DNA of 63,513 nucleotides, the filler included, from Intoshia linei (taxonomy: Eukaryota; Animalia; Orthonectida), in assembly GCA_001642005.1 (NCBI GenBank). It is 4 parts of 4 records of this genome, joined end to end, with 100 filler letters (N's around TTAATTAATTAA, not from the genome) between each part and the next. Parts side by side here need not be neighbours in the genome. Positions count along the whole stretch, not along the records: positions 20,488 to 27,654 come from LWCA01001599.1; positions 27,755 to 38,261 come from LWCA01001269.1; positions 38,362 to 63,513 come from LWCA01000500.1; 1 more part is not named here. One strand, given 5' to 3'. The notes under the pieces were generated by a model. It saw only the letters and a list, made by a program, of their open reading frames with translations. It was not told the DNA's origin and ran no database searches. Made by a program: the position numbers and the translations under genes. Shown in pieces: positions 26,893-39,934 of this stretch (positions are counted from its first letter, which is position 1; every line of letters starts with the position of its first letter).

Positions 26893-27293
26893 CAGTGGTT
26901 CTTAACCTTTTTTGACCTATGCACCCCAAATATTTATCTTAATGACTGTGCACCCCTGATTAAAAATCAATTAATACAATATTAATTACAAATAAAGTGT
27001 TAACTAGTTACTTAAATTAAACGGATACAATTTAAGAATTAAAGCTGATTTGGTCATAATAATGGTCGTGGAGACCCAGCAGTAGGCCCGGGCTCGATGG
27101 AAAGTATAGGCCCCCATAATTTTTTTTGAAAAGTACCGTTCATTATCTAAAAATTAAAAATAACCATTGGAAATCATTGATTATCGAAATTATGATATGC
27201 TTAAGAAATTTTTCATCAATATCTATTAATAAATTAAAAACGTAGGCCCTCATGATTGTAGGCACAGGACATATGACCCTCTCCACGACCCTG
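26893..27293 (+). mobile_element. Composite hAT MITE: CAGTGGTTCTTAAC element carrying a second MITE (about 27061-27293)
   Basis: Starts cagtggttcttaac. The inner element has TIR ggtcgtggaga / tctccacgacc(ctg). Its right half recurs at about 31495-31666 and, inverted, at about 15392-15445. Confidence 0.7.
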
Positions 27294-27654
27294 TCTGTAC
27301 TTACTTCAAATCTTTATAGAAATTAAAACGTGTCAACTATCATATCCACTAAAAGCTTTTTAAGTACAATTGTACTGTTGTACTACTATAATATTCAGTA
27401 GATCTACTACAGTATATGTATATATAGTATATTATTATGCATATACTGTATATATTATATACAGTATATATAAATGTATTATCTATTTTCGACTATATTC
27501 ATTACGACAGGTAAAACCAAATTATACGTAATTGTTATTTCATTTTCTTCTTTTAGACATCCTTACAAAAGTTTAAAAACTATGATAATTTATATATTAT
27601 AATACATAATTTGTATACCTTAAAAAAGTTGAAAATACAAAATTAATTTGATTA

Positions 27655-27754
27655 NNNNNNNNNNNNNNNNNNNNNNNNNNNNNNNNNNNNNNNNNNNNTT
27701 AATTAATTAANNNNNNNNNNNNNNNNNNNNNNNNNNNNNNNNNNNNNNNNNNNN
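27655..27754. other. Artificial contig linker
   Basis: 44 N + TTAATTAATTAA + 44 N. Confidence 0.97.
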
Positions 27755-28864
27755 TATAATTATATAATTCTAATTAACACAAATAATTATACATTTTAAT
27801 AATTAACTTATGTTTTTAAATTTTAACCGCATTATTTTTACGCACATTCGATAGATTTTAATTTTCTGAACATTACCATGTACTGTTATCACTTTTTTAG
27901 TCAACATTGGCATAGTTATGATGCATTCGTTTTAAGATTGTATTTTAAAATATAATATGTTGTATTTTTTATGTAATAATTTCTTAATAGAGCCTTAATA
28001 TTAAATTTTCTATAATAATTTTGTAATATACTGAAAATATACAAATTAAACTAACAAACAACGTAAAAAGAAATATGGTAGCATATAATTTAAAGTTATC
28101 GTTTTTTTAATTTATGACAGAGAATGGCTCATTTATATAATTCTAGGACTCGTTTGAATTTTTTAAAAAAAGAAGATTAGGTTTTAAGGTTTTAGGTTTT
28201 TAACCTTGAATAACTAATATTTCTGAAAATTAAATGTGCGATAAAACATGACTCTTAGAAAACTGTATTTGAAATGAGTATTATCAAAAGTGTACGCTTA
28301 TTACTTTCACAAATACAAATGTAAATGGTAACAGACAAATAGATAAATAAACAGACACATTTTTAACTAAAAATAAATTTTGTTTTTTATCGTGGTAAAT
28401 TAAATTATAAATTTTATCTCTGTAAATAAATTTCTACATGTAACTGTCCAAAATTATGAATAATTTTGGTTATTTTGTGTACTACACAGAGATGTGAAAA
28501 ATTTGATAATTTTAAAAATATTATATATACAAAACTATTCAACCACAACACAAAAACACCTTAAATTAAATGAATACAAATATTTTGATTAATAGAAAAA
28601 AAACAAATTGATAAACTTGTAAATTGATTTAAAATATAAAATATTTACATACATGTACCAAGAAATAAAGAAAATATAAAGCAGTTTGTTAATCAAAACA
28701 GCGTGAAATCGCTCATGTATCGAGATAAGTAATTTTGTGGTTTATCTGATCAATCGATCAAAAAATCAGCAGCCAACTGTCACGAATTGCATTTAATTCT
28801 TATCATGTCAATTTTACATGTTAATTTTCAAAAAACTTGCAATAATACATGTTCATTAAATTAC

Positions 28865-29218
28865 CGGAAAAATATTTCTTAATTTTGATATAATTGACGG
28901 ATAGCCTTAAAATGGACAGTTTGTCCAATTTTTCAATGACTTTTTTTTCATATGGTAAAATGGCTGCCAATCTGTCTAATTCATAATTGAGCCTTTGACG
29001 ATGGCGTTTACTAGGATTCGATTTTGGTTTTTTTTCTTGTTTAGATTCGTTTAGTATTTTATTAGTTTTGATGCTTAAATTAAAAAATATTATTGCAATA
29101 AAATAATACAAAATAATTTAAATTTTTAAAATGACACCACGTGTAAATTAAATAATATATACCTCAATTCGTTAGATGGAAAACCCGTGTCAGTGAGGAC
29201 TTGAATATATTTTGGCAT
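28865..29218 (-). CDS. AHR: Aryl hydrocarbon receptor/spineless-like bHLH-PAS transcription factor, first two exons (bHLH); PAS exons not found in this contig
   Basis: Exon 29073-28865 encodes [52 protein letters not shown], the diagnostic AHR bHLH. A phase-compatible exon 1 at 29218-29163 reads [18 protein letters not shown]. Confidence 0.92.
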
Positions 29219-31674
29219 AAATGACGATTCAATTTTATCACGAATCCCAATTACGTTATGTCAATAATCCGCTCATATTCTTTGTCAAGTTATGGTGCAT
29301 GTTGTTTTGAATTTAAAAAAATAATTCTGCGTGATGAATAATTGATAGTTGTATAAATAATTTGTAATTACATTTTATCAAAGTACAATCTGATAATGTA
29401 CTGTATATTTCGTGAGAGTCTTTCATAATTATATATTTAACATTTATTTGTTGTCAGCTTACAGCTTATTGTATCGATTTCTAGCCCAATTAAAAATTTT
29501 TATTATATTTGACCACGCCTAGTATTATATGAGCAATTTACAATTTTGTTAAGTCGAATATTAAACTATCATGCTTGTAGTTGTAATTATTCTGAAGGAT
29601 AAGAATTATATTACATTTCCGGTAATCATGTTTAGCATAAATTTAAAAAATTACATGCATGTGCAAATTATTTTTTTAAAGTTAACATTCATGAATAACA
29701 TCAGATAATTCATTAAATTCATTTTAATAATAATATTTACACTATTTATTATAATTATAATTAGTGTATAATCTGCGGGAAATTGTTAATGTTATAGTTC
29801 TCATAATATTAATTTTTATATTATAAACAAAGTCAGGTTCATCTGGAGGGTATATTATGCATCATTAATAAATTAGTATTAAATATAAAATACATTTATA
29901 TAATTTATACATGTATTATTATGTCTTTATTCATAATTGAATGTTTAGTAGACGTACGTTTCGCAATCATTGTTAAAATCTGCACCTTCTTTATGATATT
30001 GATATCCTAATTCTATTTTTCAATGTAACAATAGTTAAAATCCCTTATGTGATATTATACAAGTTTATTTAAAATGGAAATGAAATTAAGTATTACAGAG
30101 TTTCATAGTTATAGTATAATAGAAATAATAGATGGGAATAAGGTGATTTTGTATTTTTTATGATCCAAACGGTTCAAGTTTAAATATGTTTGAATGTTTT
30201 TAACTTGGTCGATAAAATTAACGTTTCACCGATAAAAGTTGTATAAAAATGCATACAACATTGGTTATTTTATGTTTTATGAATACAGCTTATATTCCAC
30301 AAATCACCACTGAGAAATGTTGGTATCATCCTTATAAAATGGTACTTTTATTACATAAAATATTTTTTACAGCAGGAGAAGGGTAAATGTCTTAATCATG
30401 AATTACTATGCAATTATGACTAGAAATTACATCAGACACAAAACGTCTCAAAAATTTAATAATAATTTGATGAGAATTTAGATAATTACATATGCTTCAT
30501 AGTTATGTGGTTCTAAAACTTTTTGGTTTAGCGAGTTTAGAGAATAGACCTTTTATAAATAACCGTTTTAACTATCTAATATTACGTTTGTATTATGTTT
30601 TACTGTTTATATCAGGGTGGTCCAAAGCGTGACCCGCGGGCCGCATGCGGCCCTCGAAATTGTTTAGTAATATATTTTAAAAAATATTGATTTAAAGAAA
30701 TATCATAATTACTATATTACCTAGCATTAATTTAAATTTTTTGTAAATAATTCTGTCTTTCTGTTCAAATTATTCTCAACTTGTTACTTTTTGTACTTTA
30801 CGACAATATTCTAACTTTTGGACCTATTGTACTATTATAACTGTGTAAAATACTAATTATATTTTTAATTGGCATAATATTTATATCATGATACTCGTAG
30901 TAATTTTCTGATTAATCTGTGAAAATTGGACTTATACTTGCTATTGAACTATATTTTTTAATGTATATGTCGCGGCCAGCGAAATTTGTAAAAGTTATTA
31001 TTTTAATACATAATTAATTAAAAGGAACAATAATTTTATATAGCCTATAATTGTGTGATTATTATTAGCAAAAAATTGGTTTCACCGGATTTATTCATCA
31101 ATAGTTTATTTTTTTGATTTTTAATTTATATATACGACAGACAATTCTTATCTCTACTGTAAAATCAAAATTAATTTTAAATAAATGTTATAAATGTATT
31201 TTATAAAATTAACATTTTTAAAATAAACAAAAAATAACATAGAATTTTTCACTGGCTCATGTTGATTATCAGAATGTTAGATAAAAAACCCCATTAATAA
31301 AAACAAAAAGCCAATTTTTTTATATCATTGATTGAAATGTCTTTCTCAATTTTGAATAAATTTTATTTTTCTGATAGAATTATAACATATCATGATATTG
31401 ATGCAGGACTTGACGAAGTGTACATGGAAATTAAGTTTGAAAATGGATTTTAATTTTTTTTAAAAATGGGAATTCTATACTTGCTTAATCGATCGTTCAT
31501 TATCTAAAAATTAAAAATAACTAATGAACTGTTAAAACATTTTATTATACGATAATTTTGGTATACTTGAGACATTTTCCAACATTACCTATTAAATAAT
31601 GTAAAAATTAGGCCACTCATGATTGTAGACCCGCGTCATATGGCCCATAGCACCACCTCTCCACGGTCTGCATT

Positions 31675-32138
31675 CAGTATCGGCTCTAGGTGGGTGCAGG
31701 GCGGTAGCCTCCCTCTGGCGTGATAAATGTGCCCTAAAATATTTTAATTTGTACATTAATATTTTGTACAATTAAAAAAAATTTCTAGAACCCATCAAAT
31801 TCCGTTTATTGAATTATGCTTGTTATCATTATTAATATTTACGTTTTATGTACAATGTACATATGTATATTAATTTGTTATCGGAGTTTAACAGCAGTTT
31901 ATGTTAAATTATCAGACATAACGTTGTTAATAATAGAAAGAGAACTTGCCGAAAATGTCGATTTTGATGCAGTTGTTGAAAAATCTAATACAATGAAATC
32001 TAAAAAAAAATATAAATTATTATAGATAAAGAAATATATATAGATATAATATAAAAATACAAATTTAAATGCATTATATGAGTTTAGCCCTAATAATTAC
32101 TTCGCTGCCCCTGGCTGAAAATCCTAGAACCGCAACTG
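31675..32138 (+). mobile_element. Internally deleted hAT (Tip100/ZMYM1-like) element retaining the transposase C-terminus
   Basis: TIR cagtatcggctctagg / cctagaaccgcaactg with a perfect 8-bp TSD TCTGCATT (31667-31674 and 32139-32146). The internal ORF KLSDITLLIIERELAENVDFDAVVEKSNTMKSKK resembles the end of the hAT dimerisation domain. Confidence 0.88.
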
Positions 32139-34360
32139 TCTGCATTAATGTTGAAAAATGGTTATAAGTCATAGAATATTTTCATACAAAAAATATAATT
32201 AGTTTCTCATGAACCGCCGCATACATTTTGGGTCCAATCGCAAACTACTGTTGTAATTAAACGTATATAAATTTTAAAAACGTACATTGTACATTGCACT
32301 ATGTAATCCAGTGATTCTCAATCTTTTTGTTCTAAAGCGCATTAAAAAGTTAAATTTGTGACAAATACTTACACATATTACATGTATGTAATTATTAAAA
32401 ATCTAATTTCTCGAGCAATTGAAATCATGTAGTCGTTACAGAAAAGGTAATTTTCTAGTTGGTGAAAAACATTGTGATTTTTTAAAATTTTTAAAATAGG
32501 TGGAGCATTATTCAAGCCAGATACTATATTACTGACGGTTTCCATCTTCTCGTTGGTTCAACACGTATAAATCATCATACGTTTTACTTCGATAATTAAA
32601 AATTTAGTTTTCAAACACTTAAAAATAGAATATTATATGTTATTACTGTTTTGCAACTGTAGAATTTTTCTGATAAGCTTGGTAAAATTTAATTGGTTTT
32701 ATAATTGTTGCATTTTTTTTATTTTAATATTAATCGACTATTAGCAACGATAGGAATTCAATATATTGTTTGATAAAATGGTAAAACCTGTTTTTAAAGA
32801 TACTATATACATTTCTGAGGTTAAAATTTTGTTATATAGTATCATTATTATAATATTGTGTAATATAATATACAGTATGTAAATATTTTAATGTGTGTGT
32901 TATATTAAATAATATAAGCAATACCATGTACAATAATATTTGTAAAACATTAATATTATATTTTATCATTATAAATTTGTGAAGAAGTTTTGAGGTTGTG
33001 TATCCCTCCACGAGCATCAGGTCTCCTAATTTTTAATTCTATATTTTCAAAATGTTAATTTTTAATATTTATAATGATTTATAGCAGTGATCAGTGATGA
33101 CCAAAGTAAAAAATGTATTAGCATTTAAAAAAGTAAATACATTTCATTAAATGAACAATTTCAAATTTCAAATTTCAAACATGATGTTTATGTACTTTTG
33201 AGGTTATTCCGACAGCGAGTCAAAGAGTTTTGTGGGCAGTGATTTTGGTACTATATTACTAAAAAATTATAAAAGTAAAAGGCTTAAAATTGTCATCTGA
33301 CCGGGATACTACTGCATTTACTAATCCAAATAAATTAAATAATTTACATATAAAATGTATTTGATAAATAATGTTGAAAATAAATGTAAAAATATTTTAA
33401 ATTGTAAATAACGGATAATACAATATCATAAGTTAAAATTGGTCAATAAAGAAGAATTATAGACAGTTTCAGATAAAAGTAATGCAAATGTTATTAAAGG
33501 CCAAAAGTGATTGTAAGTTAAATAAGCATAAAAATGGCGTGCAAATATTGTAAATTATAAGTAATACAGCATCATAATTAAATGGTTAAATTTATCTGTA
33601 ACGAATAGAATCGATATCGCGTGACAAGGATCAATGTAAGAATTACAACACTTGTCTTGTATGTATACAAAAGTGTGACGCGTAAAATTGAACCCATCAA
33701 CTTTATTCATATTTAACTTAAAAGTACACTCTCTAGTCAGTGTATTGAAATTTCTATTCATAAAATATTGGACAATGATAATTGAAACTTCTATATTATC
33801 AATACAATTTCCTTTAGTATGTAAACATTTTAGTTTTAATTACAAGTGTATTTTCAAGTGTTAACATTGGAAATGTGATATATGTTGCTAGACCTTTATA
33901 CTAAAATATCAAATTTTGTGTTCATAACTTAAAATTGATGACATTAGAAAGTGTCATCAGATTATTCAACTCGATTTAAAGTGATGAAACATTTCAAGAT
34001 TATAATCTATATATCAATATAATTATAATTAAATGGCATAAATATCTTAATTAATAAAATGAATTTAAAAATTCTCATTTTTCACATAATTATTATTGTG
34101 ATAATCGTAAAAAACACGCAGTTAATGATATTATCAATTCAAATTAATTGTACAATGTACATTGTACGATAAATGAAACTAAATCATAATCCGAGTCGAA
34201 ATACGCTAAATGAAAAAATGTAAAACACATTTAGTCTTATGGGATTAAATATGTAGATTTTATCAATATAAACCGCCAAATTTAGCCACTTTGACTATAT
34301 TTGAGACAATTAAACGCGTAATAACAATAAACAATATTCATATTGCACGCTTATCAAATT

Positions 34361-37300
34361 TTAGTTATAATTTTTATTCATTAAATTAATTACACTGTCT
34401 ATACTAATTTTATGATTCGTTTTGTCGGCTACATTGATGTACTCATAAATTTCCCCATTTTCACACTAATAATTAATTATTAGTTGGAATCAACCGCAAA
34501 TGTAATAATATTAACGGCTATAGTTGATAAAAAATAACCTTTCCAGAAACAACTATAAATATGGGAGATGTACCGATTTTACTAAAATGTTTAAATCTGT
34601 GACCAATTGAAGTTTTGCAAACGTTGTCAATTAAAATAGAGCACTGTGGATAGTGTTTACAAAGTTCATTAACCAATTTGTCACATTGTAATTGAACCGT
34701 TTCAGCATCGTATCCAATCTTTTTAAAATAGAAATAAATATATTTAAATTTTAAACAAAAAATGAATTATCAATAAAATTAAACTAAAAAACCTTTTGAG
34801 GAATAATTGTAATATCAAAAGGTGCAATGGATTTATGCCACATTATAAAATCATCATTAAATGTTGATAAATGGGAAAATAATCTCGTCACACCAATTCC
34901 AAAACATCCCATTGAATAAGGTCTAGATAAATTAAAAACTAAATCATTTTTAATTTACATTGAACCACAATTGAAAATTTTGGTATACTTGTTGCCCAAT
35001 AAAAAAGAATGGCCAATTTCTGAAACGTTTTTTTCTGTATAATTGGAATTTTTACATTTCCAACAAATTTTAACGTTTTTATTTACATGTTGGCATCTAA
35101 TTCATCCAATTTTTAATATTAACTAATTTATACAATTTGCAACGGAATATTTTATCTTCTCCGTACTTTGATTCCATTAAATATTCATGAGATATTTCTC
35201 CTCCCATTATAGTATCTTTTGTTTGTACTGAAAATAAATAAAGTATATTTAATACATTTCAAGAAACCTTTAAAAAATTTTAGGTTGAAGAAGTCAAAAA
35301 TTTTTTCATACGCTTCATTTATATTTTCGTAGGTAATTTTGGCAGATTCATCATTTTCGTCAAAAGTATATAAATCTACATGTAAATTTATTCATAAAAT
35401 AAAAATAAAATTAAAACAAGAGTCGTTCTTATATCCTTACTTAAATAAAGTAGAATGGTCAAAAATGTATGTCTGTTTATTTGTTCCAGTTTATTTAAGA
35501 AATTAAGTGGAGTCGAGTTTTACAATTCCATATTCTTATAACAGTTTTTCCAGAGTGATATTTTATAGCAAATTTCAATTTCAGAAATTGAGTCCTTCAA
35601 GGTTAAAACCACCAATTGTCCTTTTTTTTTAAATTAAAATCCGTCATAGAATTATAAAAAATACATATTCTAATAAAGTTTTAAATTCATCAATATCATA
35701 ATAATTTCAATTTCAAAATCTTATATCTTCACGGCAAAAACACCAAATTACACAGACAGACAAACAAACATACATTTTTAACTAAATCCTTAATTATATA
35801 ATGTGCCACGCAATATTTGTTAGTGTGTGTGTTACCGTTTATTTCAATAACTACCAGTCTTAGAATTTTATAAAGTCCACATCGTTTATTTCAATAACTA
35901 CCAGTCTTAGAATTTTATAAAGTCCACATTTCAATTACAGTTTTTTCCAGAGGTGTTAGGAAATTAAATTTCAACCCATTTCCTCCTAAACTAGAATCTT
36001 ACGGGTCAAAAACCCCAATTTTCCTTTTTTTTGAAAATCAAACTAGTTACTTTATATAAGTATGGATAACTAACTAGTTTGTACTTTCTTCAGCATGCTA
36101 AAACTTGTTTCTATACAGCAATAACTAATAAAAGATTCTAATACATCTATCTCAGAATCACTTTTCAATTTGCATTATTTTCAAATTCGAATGGTATCAT
36201 TTAAATTTAAAGATTTTTGTTTAACAGAAGATCAATCACTCTGAATGTAATTTAATTTTTCAAACGATACGTTATAATTGCATTTTATACAAATTAAATC
36301 GCACTTCTTTATTTTAAAATTCAGTTGAAAATATTAATGAAATATTATTAATTTTTTTTGATTGTTTTGATTTTGGAATTTTAGGTATACTTTAATATTA
36401 ATAATTTAATTTTAATTTCTTTTAATTTTAACAATCTTGATGATAGCGTTCCAGTTCGGAACAACTCATAATATTTTTCAAAATAATATTGGAAAAAGAG
36501 GATAATTCCCTTTAAGCGTAAGTAATTTGTGGTTAGAATAAAAGGTTTTTAAAAAAAGTATTGGAAAAATGATATTTTTCAATTAAGGGCTTGAAATAGT
36601 ATTTTTGATTAAATTTTATTAGTGGTGGGATTTTTGAAATGGTAAATTTTAAATATTATAATATAATCATATTTTCATAGTAGTAACAAACATAAATCAA
36701 ATACAGGTATGTCTCAATTTTTTTCTGGAAATCCCGGGAATTTTGTCCCGGTTTTTCCCCCGGCACAATCACTACTGTTGGCCAATTCCATTAAGCGTAT
36801 TAACAAATAAAAAAATAAATATAATACATTGTAGTGAGATGAATTACCTTTCATTAAAAATTCTCTAGACCTAAAAAAATTATTTTTTGGGTGGGTTTCA
36901 TTTCTAATTTTATTTGTTATCTAAATTATCATAAAAATGATCGTACACTCGGGTTCTCCACTCTTATTAGCACTGCTGTGCAAAAACTGGACTTTCTAAA
37001 AGAGTGGTTCCCGATTGGAAGTCCAAAACTATATACCCGGGCCAATGAGATTCAAAAATAAATATAAAAAAAATTTTTATCAACTTTTGTTCATGTATGT
37101 ATCAGAATTTTTAATATTTATTATACAGTTGCAAGATGTTGGGAATTAAACCCAAACCCAGACGACAGCTACATTATTATTTCCAAAATTATTTTAAACA
37201 TAAAAAACAAACAAAATAAATAAAAAAAACAAAAAAGTGTGAAATCGTTAAATATTTAATAATTATAATTATCTAATGCTATTCAAACAACCACAAATAA

Positions 37301-37505
37301 AAACGTTGTAAATTTTGAAATAATTATCAAAATACATGATAATTTGCATATAAATAATAATCATAAACATAAATAACATTAACTTCCATTAATAAGACGG
37401 AGAACCCAGTTATGTAAAGTAGTATACTTGGTATAATTTTAAAGGAATACTTGAACGAGTTAATTGATATTTACTCAGTAGACTTGTTAATACTTCTTCG
37501 TGTGT
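34361..37505 (-). CDS. PARS2: Mitochondrial (bacterial-type) prolyl-tRNA synthetase; 5' exons missing at the contig end
   Basis: Exons: THEEVLTSLL...IPLKLYQ | ITNKIRNETHPKNNFFRSREFLMK | DLYTFD...TYENINEAYEKIF | IMGGEISHEY | EIGHSFLLGNKYTKIF | PYSMGCFGIGVTRL...IMWHKSIAPF, then the anticodon domain, with the stop at 34363-34361. Confidence 0.92.
35836..35929 (+). repeat. Perfect 47-bp tandem duplication inside a Helitron-like 5' end (element starts at about 35787)
   Basis: cgtttatttcaataactaccagtcttagaattttataaagtccacat occurs twice. Confidence 0.9.
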
Positions 37506-38261
37506 CTAAATTAATTAAAATATTTTTTAGTACATACAAAATGATGTATCAATAAAAATAATTATCATGTAAAAAAATATAGAATATAAATAAAAAAAAG
37601 TCGATTCTGTCTATAGAAGGGATGCACTACCTTTCCACCAATTCAGTCACAATGCTATTTTTCTTATTGATACTACGGCCGCACAAAATTTACTTCGATA
37701 TTGAGAAATTTTACTCTGGAGTCCAGAGTCTGGACCTAAATTTTAGGTCTAATAAAATAATTTTCTTTAAATTTTAATATCAGCAAGTTTTAATTAATAA
37801 TTTTCAATTAAAATTAATCCTTAATTCACTCATATAAATTAACACCATATTTGTCATTTATCTGAATCAGAATAAATAGCAATAGTAGGAGTAATGTAGT
37901 GCTTCTCATGGGGGTGACTGGTTACCCCCAAGGGTGAATACGAAAATTTAGATGATTGTAGGCGAATCTACAATTTTCAACATATTTCATTAAATCATCC
38001 AATTTAATATAATCGTATGAGAAAAAACCAAAATTTTACCAACCCTTAAGGAAGAAATCCCTTTTTACCAATATTTTTTTTAAAAATCCATTTTTACCAA
38101 CGTTTTAGAATACAAACTACCCTATCTGATTCCAAAAGAAAAAACCAAATTTTACCAACCCTTAAAGAAAAAAATCGCTTTTACGAATGTTTTTATGAAA
38201 AAACCCATTTTACCAAATTTTTAGATCAATAATTCTTTTGACTGATTCCATAAGAAAAAAC

Positions 38262-38361
38262 NNNNNNNNNNNNNNNNNNNNNNNNNNNNNNNNNNNNNNN
38301 NNNNNTTAATTAATTAANNNNNNNNNNNNNNNNNNNNNNNNNNNNNNNNNNNNNNNNNNNN
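38262..38361. other. Artificial contig linker
   Basis: 44 N + TTAATTAATTAA + 44 N. Confidence 0.97.
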
Positions 38362-38599
38362 AAAAAAAAATCGTTTTATTCCGTTATCGTTTCAAGAACA
38401 TTAACTTCATTTTTTTGTTACAATTATTCTTACGCTACGCAGCAGTATAATTCAAACTCAAGTGAATACTGATAATTCTCGCTCAATAATAATCAGTTTC
38501 GTTTCAGAAAATTAAAATAGTGTAGACTGTAAATATTTTTTTGGAATTACCGTATTTCGTTTACTTTTACGAATTATTGTACTTGGTGATATCCCGGTT

Positions 38600-39755
38600 T
38601 GATTCACAATGTTCGCACCCTCAAAACTCACGTGCCCCTCAACATTAATTGACTCTACCCCATCCGATTTACAGTACAGATTTTGTAATTTTGAGTATGT
38701 GGCAAATTTTTTTTGAAATTATTACTCCAATAATATAACTTGTTAGGTACAGTTTTATCGTAGTTTCTCTTAACGCGTTGATTATGTATTGCTCGTTTAT
38801 GCAGAATCCCCTTTTGTGTACACAGCTCTTTCTCTAATCTATTAACCCAGCCAATTTGATACTCACATTTTGTATTTCTTTGTAGATGAAGTATATCCAT
38901 CTCTCGACCATAGACTACCTGCGATGGTGAATTTCCCGTTCTTTCTGAAATGCAATTTCTCATTGATAATAAAATCGGTGGAATATGCACATCCCAATCC
39001 GTTTTATGATCGATGTTTCTCGCCCTCAGAAGATTCTTAATTGTCCTATTAGTCCTTTTTGCTAGACCAACCCCTTCATGATGGTAAGCTCATGTAACGA
39101 TGTGTAAATACATTCATCAGGAGGTTCCTCGATAATAGCCCCCTTACCAACCTCTGCTTTATCCTTTTCTATAATATAAAACAGTGTTATGCATATCGCA
39201 TATAGAAAATACCTCATCAAAATCATAGAAAATACATCATGCCCTGTAGTTTTTTAATCCCATTTTTCCCGTAATTAGTTACCATCGTATCAGTCGTACC
39301 CCTTAAATTTGTTAGAAGATCGGCAACTCTCAAAGGGCCAGTGTTATTACCATAACACTCCGATACCCCAGTACAAATTTCAGTAATGATCGGGTTTTTT
39401 CCTATATCCGTGAAACCGTTGGTCTCACCGAACTCGAGGCGATGTTGCTTGATACATAGCGTACAATTATAATCATATAAAAATTTCATCCCTAATATAA
39501 ATTTAATATCATTACAGCATTCAGGTAACACATGGAAACTTACAGGAAGAGTTTTGCAATCTACCGTTATCTCTAATATAACGGTTCCTTGACAAATAAC
39601 TTTTCCTGCTCCTACACCTTCCACGGTTGCAGTTCTCTCGCTATTAATTCATTGGTGATCACTTTCTGGCTAACAAAATTAAGCTCAGACCCGCTATCAA
39701 CCAAACATTTGTGACGGAAATTATTATAAAATAATGGTACCTTAAACAGCATTCT
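38600..39755 (-). mobile_element. Degenerate Ty3/gypsy LTR retrotransposon pol remnant (protease plus integrase C-terminal half; RT/RNase H absent)
   Basis: Aspartyl protease KCLVDSGSELNFVS ... FHVLPE...FILGMKFL (about 39750-39440). Integrase AYHHEGVGLAKRTNRTIKNLL...DWDVHIPPILLSMRN..SERTGNSPSQVVYGRE (about 39090-38655). Frameshifts are present and no LTRs were recognised. Confidence 0.9.
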
Positions 39756-39934
39756 TCGTTACTTTAAATCAAACGGCAGTTTGGCAAACAAAAAACTCGT
39801 ATTGACAATTTATATATTGTGACGATTATCAGAATATTTGGAAAGAAGATTTAATAAAGCTTGACAAATATATAAATTAGTTCGAAGTGATCTTTAATTC
39901 CTTCGTCATCCCATAGTGATGTAATCTCTACACT

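Noticed and set aside
32185-32224. Minus-strand MYAAV... as a candidate AHR exon 1
   Set aside because: No RKRR motif, an early stop, and it lies in what looks like a MITE terminus.
33300-34010. Long, mostly open, hydrophobic minus-strand frame between AHR and PARS2 (includes ORF 33555-33761)
   Set aside because: Interrupted by stops, with no consistent splice path and no recognisable family. It cannot be supported as a gene, though a pseudogene is not excluded.
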